Part shown: piece by piece, positions 59,841-64,000 of the stretch
Layout of the letters: each line of letters starts with the position of its first letter
How positions within the stretch are numbered: the first letter of the stretch is position 1
Source of the DNA: Pseudobdellovibrionaceae bacterium
GTDB lineage: Bacteria; Bdellovibrionota; Bdellovibrionia; Bdellovibrionales; UBA1609
Direction: 5' to 3'
Length of the DNA stretch: 64,000 nt
Assembly: GCA_015163855.1 (NCBI GenBank)
Contig: JAAOIK010000009.1
Span: 5,113 to 69,112, forward strand
Position numbers and translations under genes: made by a program
Notes under the pieces: model-generated
Told to the model about the DNA's origin: nothing
What the model saw: only the letters and a program-made list of their open reading frames with translations
Database searches by the model: none

Positions 59841-59939
59841 AAGTATATTGAAGGGGTAATTAGTAAAGTGAATTGCTAGGCTTTTTTACCTGTTTTCTTC
59901 CCTTGCTGTCAAATTATATTTTTGTTAGTCTGGATAGCT

Positions 59940-61748
59940 ATGTTGCTTAATTATAAAAAAAAAATAGCTTCTATTTTAGCTCCCCTTTTAAAGACAGAAG
60001 AAAAAGAAATTGTCGAATTATTAGAAATTCCTAAGCAAATTTCGCAAGGTCAACTATCGTTGCCAGTCTTTCGTTGGACTAAAGCCTTTAAGCGCTCGCC
60101 GCAGGATTTAGCGAGTTTTTTGGCAGAAAACCTTAATAACGCAAAATTAGATACTTTAGATACAGCACAGCCAATGGGAGGGTTTTTAAATGTATTTTTA
60201 AGTGCCTCTTCTATGCAAATGTTTTTACTAAAGGCCTATGAAGAAAATGTATCCGGCAAAAAAAGTTGGGGCTTTTCTGACATTGGGTTGGGAAAAACTT
60301 TGCTAATTGATTTTGCTTCGCCCAATGTGGCCAAACCCATGCATGTTGGGCATTTAAGGGCCACTATTATTGGGCAATCCTTATACAATATTGCCAAAAC
60401 ACAGTCATATAAATTAATTGGACTAAACCACCTAGGGGACTGGGGGGTGTTGTTTGGAAGGTTGGTGTGGGCTTATAAACAGTGGGGTACAGAGTATGAC
60501 TTTAAAGAAAAAGGTTTTTCCTCCCTTTATGCTTTATATGTTCGTTTTCATAAAGAAGCAGAATCTAACTCAGACATGTTTAAAGAAGCATCTTTGATTT
60601 TTAAACAGTTAGAGGCAGGAGATAAAGAAATAGTAGTTTTATGGGAAAAATTTATTAACATTTCTTTAACCGAGTATCAAAAAGTTTGGGATCGCCTGGG
60701 AGTTCGTCACGATTTGGTTAAAGGAGAATCTTTTTATAACGACAGGTTAAAGTCGGTGGAGAAATTTTTAGAACAAGCGTCTTTATTAGAAGAAAGTGAA
60801 GGGGCCATGGTGGTTAAATTAGACGAGCAAAAAATGCCTCCTTGCTTAATACGAAAAAGTGATGGGGCCTCGCTATATGCCACTCGCGATTTAGCTAGTG
60901 CTTGGTATCGAATGGAAGAGTTAAAGGCCGATATTAATTTATATGTAGTGGGGCAAGATCAAAATTTATATTTTAAACAACTGTTTGCCGTGTTAGAAAA
61001 AATGAAAAAACCGTGGGCAAAAAATTGTCATCATATTAATTTTGGTATGTATCGATTTAAAGATGCAAAAATGTCTTCTAGAAAGGGTCATGTCATTTTA
61101 TTAGAAGATATTTTAGATCAAGCTTATAAAAAAGTTTTTGATAAAATTAAACTTAAACATTCCGACTGGAATGATAAAAAAATGCATTCGATTGCCGAAA
61201 AAATATCTGTAGGAGCAGTTATTTTTAATGATTTATCTAGTGACAGAAGCAGTGATGTAGAGTTTTGTTGGGATAAAATATTAAATTTTGAAGGAGACAG
61301 CGGCCCTTATGTTCAATATGTTTTTGTGCGTTGCCAAAGTTTATTAAGAAAATTTGTTGCGCAAAATTCTGAAGAACTAAGTGCTGTTTTTGATAAAAAA
61401 ACTTTAGCAGAATATTTAAATAAAGATTCTTTAAGCCAAATTGAACTTCCTTTAAGCTTTGTAAATAAATTTTTTAACAAAAAGGATGTAGACTTTAAAA
61501 TTGTACCTGTTTTATCTTTACTGCTATCTTATGACCATGTTTTGTCAAAGGCATTTTGTAATTTTAAGCCTCATTTAATTGCTCAATATTTATTACAACT
61601 ATGTTCCGCTTTTAATAAGTTTTATGCTCACCATAAAATTTTATCTTCTAAAGATAAAAATTTTTATATAATAGTAGTCTATTTAGTGCAGGCAATAATA
61701 AAAGAAGGTTTAGGCGTATTAAACATTCAATGCCCCGAAGAAATGTAA
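59940..61748 (+). CDS. argS: arginine--tRNA ligase
   Basis: SPNVAKPMHVGHLR (HIGH), MSSRKG (KMSK-like), C-terminal DALR anticodon-binding domain. The ORF is open from TTG 59922 and the first ATG is at 59940. Confidence 0.93.
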   Translation: MLLNYKKKIASILAPLLKTEEKEIVELLEIPKQISQGQLSLPVFRWTKAFKRSPQDLASFLAENLNNAKLDTLDTAQPMGGFLNVFLSASSMQMFLLKAYEENVSGKKSWGFSDIGLGKTLLIDFASPNVAKPMHVGHLRATIIGQSLYNIAKTQSYKLIGLNHLGDWGVLFGRLVWAYKQWGTEYDFKEKGFSSLYALYVRFHKEAESNSDMFKEASLIFKQLEAGDKEIVVLWEKFINISLTEYQKVWDRLGVRHDLVKGESFYNDRLKSVEKFLEQASLLEESEGAMVVKLDEQKMPPCLIRKSDGASLYATRDLASAWYRMEELKADINLYVVGQDQNLYFKQLFAVLEKMKKPWAKNCHHINFGMYRFKDAKMSSRKGHVILLEDILDQAYKKVFDKIKLKHSDWNDKKMHSIAEKISVGAVIFNDLSSDRSSDVEFCWDKILNFEGDSGPYVQYVFVRCQSLLRKFVAQNSEELSAVFDKKTLAEYLNKDSLSQIELPLSFVNKFFNKKDVDFKIVPVLSLLLSYDHVLSKAFCNFKPHLIAQYLLQLCSAFNKFYAHHKILSSKDKNFYIIVVYLVQAIIKEGLGVLNIQCPEEM

Positions 61749-61828
61749 GCCCATTATTATATAAATCCATAAAACACTTGTACAAAAGGTAGCCTTGGGT
61801 AGACTTGTTATACAGATAAGGAGAGTGT

Positions 61829-62212
61829 ATGTCCGAAGCTATTGCTAAATTTTTATTAAGAGTTTCTGTTGGAGGAATGATGCTTCCTCATGGTTTAGGA
61901 AAAATACAAGGAGGCATTGCCTTTATTAAATCGATAGTGGTAAAGGCAGGGTTACCAGAGTTTTTTGCTTACGGTATTTTTATAGGTGAGGTTGTAGCTC
62001 CCTTACTATTAATTATTGGCTATAAAACAAAATGGGCTGGGTATCTTTTATCTTTTAATATACTGGTTGCTACGATATTAGTACACTCTGGAGATATACT
62101 AACGCTGAGTCCTAACGGATCTTGGGCTATTGAAATACAAATGTTTTATATTGTTACAGGGTTAGTTATTGCTCTTTTAGGTGCCGGTAAATTTTCTATA
62201 GATAGAAAATAA
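61829..62212 (+). CDS. DoxX-family membrane protein
   Basis: 127 aa, four TM segments. LLRVSVGGMMLPHGLGK is typical of DoxX. Confidence 0.7.
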   Translation: MSEAIAKFLLRVSVGGMMLPHGLGKIQGGIAFIKSIVVKAGLPEFFAYGIFIGEVVAPLLLIIGYKTKWAGYLLSFNILVATILVHSGDILTLSPNGSWAIEIQMFYIVTGLVIALLGAGKFSIDRK

Positions 62213-62217
62213 TTATT

Positions 62218-63009
62218 TTAATCAGAAAAATTTTGAACAGTTTGCTTTAAATAATTTTTTAATTCTAGGTTATTGCTACTTAGTATATCTTTGCATTCTT
62301 TTTCTGCACTTTTAAAGTCTTTTTCATTTCCCATTTCAAAAAACTTCCATGACGGAGTGTAATTAGCAAAAACTTTTTTTACATTAGGTTGAGAGGTAGA
62401 AAAAGTGTTTTTAATATAAGGTAATAAAACATCAGTAAAGATATGTGCTTTGTCTATTTTTATTAAAGAGAAAATTTGAGAAGAAATTACCATATATCCT
62501 GCATAATGTAGATAATTTTCAGAGATAGGGCCAATATTTAATACCTGGTTATTTTGGTTTACCTCAATGGTTTTAAAGCTTTTATTGGGGCTAGGGCAAC
62601 ACAGCAAGGTGGCTAAGGCTTTGTGCTGCTTATGAAAATCAATACTTTTTTGTAAAAATATAGAATTGCCTAAGCATAAACTGTCTGCATTAATCATTAA
62701 AAAATCTTGTTCTTTATCTAGTAAAGAAGCTATTTTTTTTAATCCACCAGCGCTGTTTAACAAAGCTTTTTCATAACTAAAATGGTAAGAAACAGTTTTT
62801 TTTTGCAAAAGTTTAGTTACAGTTTCTTGCACTTGTTCTTTTAAGTGATGAGTATTAAAAATAAACTCTGTAACGCCAATGTTTAATAAATGCTGCAAGT
62901 TAAAAGCAACAAGAGGAGTTTTTAAAAAAAGCATGCAAGGCTTGGGTGTCTTTAAAGTGTGGGGCAACAAACGCTTTCCCAGCCCAGCAGATAGTATAAA
63001 TGCTTTCAT
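62218..63009 (-). CDS. nucleotidyltransferase, MurU-like (N-acetylmuramate alpha-1-phosphate uridylyltransferase family)
   Basis: MKAFILSAGLGKRLLPHT sugar-1-phosphate nucleotidyltransferase motif. It is paired with an AmgK-like kinase gene immediately upstream on the same strand. Confidence 0.65.
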   Translation of the reverse strand: MKAFILSAGLGKRLLPHTLKTPKPCMLFLKTPLVAFNLQHLLNIGVTEFIFNTHHLKEQVQETVTKLLQKKTVSYHFSYEKALLNSAGGLKKIASLLDKEQDFLMINADSLCLGNSIFLQKSIDFHKQHKALATLLCCPSPNKSFKTIEVNQNNQVLNIGPISENYLHYAGYMVISSQIFSLIKIDKAHIFTDVLLPYIKNTFSTSQPNVKKVFANYTPSWKFFEMGNEKDFKSAEKECKDILSSNNLELKNYLKQTVQNFSD

Positions 63010-63018
63010 GCTTTGTAG

Positions 63019-63993
63019 TTACTTATGTTTATAAAGGTCTGCAATAAATGTTTGCAAGTTTGGATAATTTAGCTTCATGACGTAATCATAGCTTTGTTTT
63101 ACAGCATGGGGAAGGTCTATTAAGTAGTTGTGTACTTTATTATTTTCGTTATTTGCAAGTTTTATAAAACTTGCGGAAGCTTTTAGTAGGCGGTGAATGC
63201 TTATGCTATAGTAGTGGGTATTAAAATCATTTAGAAATAAAGAAGAGGCTTGTTTTTTAAAATATGCTTTTAATTCTTCTTTTTTTTCACAAGAAAGCTT
63301 TGCGTAAGGGTCTTCTAAAAGGCTTGCAAGATCATACAAAGGGTGACCCAAGCGGGCATCTTGAAAATCTATAATTTTTATTTGCTGTTTTTTTACCATT
63401 ATGTTTCTACTATGATAGTCTCTGTGCACTAAGCAGAAAGAACTTTGATTTAAAAAAGTGCAAAAAAGATGTATTTCTTTAACTAATTCTTTAGAAAGAC
63501 TGGTTAGTAAATTTTTTGAATGATAAAAGTTGTTAATACTAAGTAGAGATTGAGTAAATTCTTGAATTAAAAAATTTAGATCAAAGCTACTTTGAAACAT
63601 GGGTAAGTTAATATCTTTTTTAATATTTTGTATTTTTATTAATTCTTGCAAACTTTGTTTGTATAATTGTAAGGCATTATCTTTAGTGCTGTATAAGCTG
63701 CAATCACCAAGGTCTTCTAACAAAATACAACTTTCTTCTAAAAAAATTTTTTCTATTTTTGGCACAGAAATATTATTTTCTTTAAACAAATTGTACATAT
63801 TAACAAAAGAAAAAGTATGTTTTTGTGAGATTTTGTATTGTGCTTTAATGTCTGGGTCATGCATTAAAACATAACTGCTGTTTGGAGTAGTTAAGCGATA
63901 ATATTTTCTATGCCCGCCATCGCCAGCAACGGGCGTGATACCTTTAAGATTAAGATAATTTAAAAAAGAAGGCAGAGGCTTTTTGCTCAGCAT
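63019..63993 (-). CDS. aminoglycoside-phosphotransferase-fold kinase, AmgK-like (anomeric MurNAc/GlcNAc kinase family)
   Basis: VHRDYHSRNIMV catalytic loop and IIDFQDARLG metal-binding motif. It is paired with a MurU-like gene. Confidence 0.65.
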   Translation of the reverse strand: MLSKKPLPSFLNYLNLKGITPVAGDGGHRKYYRLTTPNSSYVLMHDPDIKAQYKISQKHTFSFVNMYNLFKENNISVPKIEKIFLEESCILLEDLGDCSLYSTKDNALQLYKQSLQELIKIQNIKKDINLPMFQSSFDLNFLIQEFTQSLLSINNFYHSKNLLTSLSKELVKEIHLFCTFLNQSSFCLVHRDYHSRNIMVKKQQIKIIDFQDARLGHPLYDLASLLEDPYAKLSCEKKEELKAYFKKQASSLFLNDFNTHYYSISIHRLLKASASFIKLANNENNKVHNYLIDLPHAVKQSYDYVMKLNYPNLQTFIADLYKHK

Positions 63994-64000
63994 AAGCTTT

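Overview
This is a strongly AT-rich chromosomal core region from a Gram-negative bacterium, as shown by LptD, the AmgK/MurU pair, SecE/NusG and Ffh. Gene content loosely suggests a Bdellovibrionota/Oligoflexia-type organism, but that is a guess. All calls come from reading the sequence and ORF track and from motif memory; no searches were run.

The window holds two large translation/transcription clusters:
- tRNA-Gly and tRNA-Thr (minus strand), then tuf, tRNA-Trp, secE, nusG, rplK, rplA, rplJ, rplL, rpoB, rpoC, rpsL and rpsG. An aspartate kinase sits where fusA normally follows.
- ffh, a LYS1-type saccharopine dehydrogenase, rpsP, a KH protein, rimM, trmD, rplS, rnhB and yraN.

Between and around these lie housekeeping and metabolic genes:
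- the carB 3' end, two ABC-2 exporter pairs, pilD and a transketolase-family gene
- an orphan peptide-type substrate-binding protein
- maeB, fadI/fadJ-like beta-oxidation genes, metG and an SLC12-like cation-chloride cotransporter homologue
- a CBS-type PLP enzyme, comM/yifB, ahpC with divergent oxyR, and an MFS-like membrane protein
- lptD, a VKOR-DsbA fusion, HU, argS, doxX and murU/amgK-like genes

There are five tRNAs: Gly-UCC, Thr-GGU, Trp-CCA, Cys-GCA and initiator Met. I see no CRISPR array, transposase, integrase, prophage or recognisable defence or toxin-antitoxin system.

The items most worth follow-up:
1. A GC-rich 12-bp tandem repeat (8.7 copies) between rnhB and yraN. It is in frame with a long open frame leading into yraN.
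2. A TrmD protein fused to a second ~185-aa SPOUT-like domain.
3. A tandem duplication of the tRNA-Cys 3' end. It is followed by a two-gene orphan module (a secreted Lys-rich protein and a 1036-aa membrane/Cys-rich protein). The module ends at a 116-nt rod-like hairpin whose G-U pairs favour the plus-strand transcript.
4. A 39-nt repeated core (30/39 identical) present next to two tRNA loci.
5. A solo LuxR-type HTH gene bracketed by an 18-nt direct repeat.
6. Several eukaryote-like enzymes: CBS core, LYS1, an SLC12-like transporter and VKOR.

None of these is demonstrably a new system from sequence alone.
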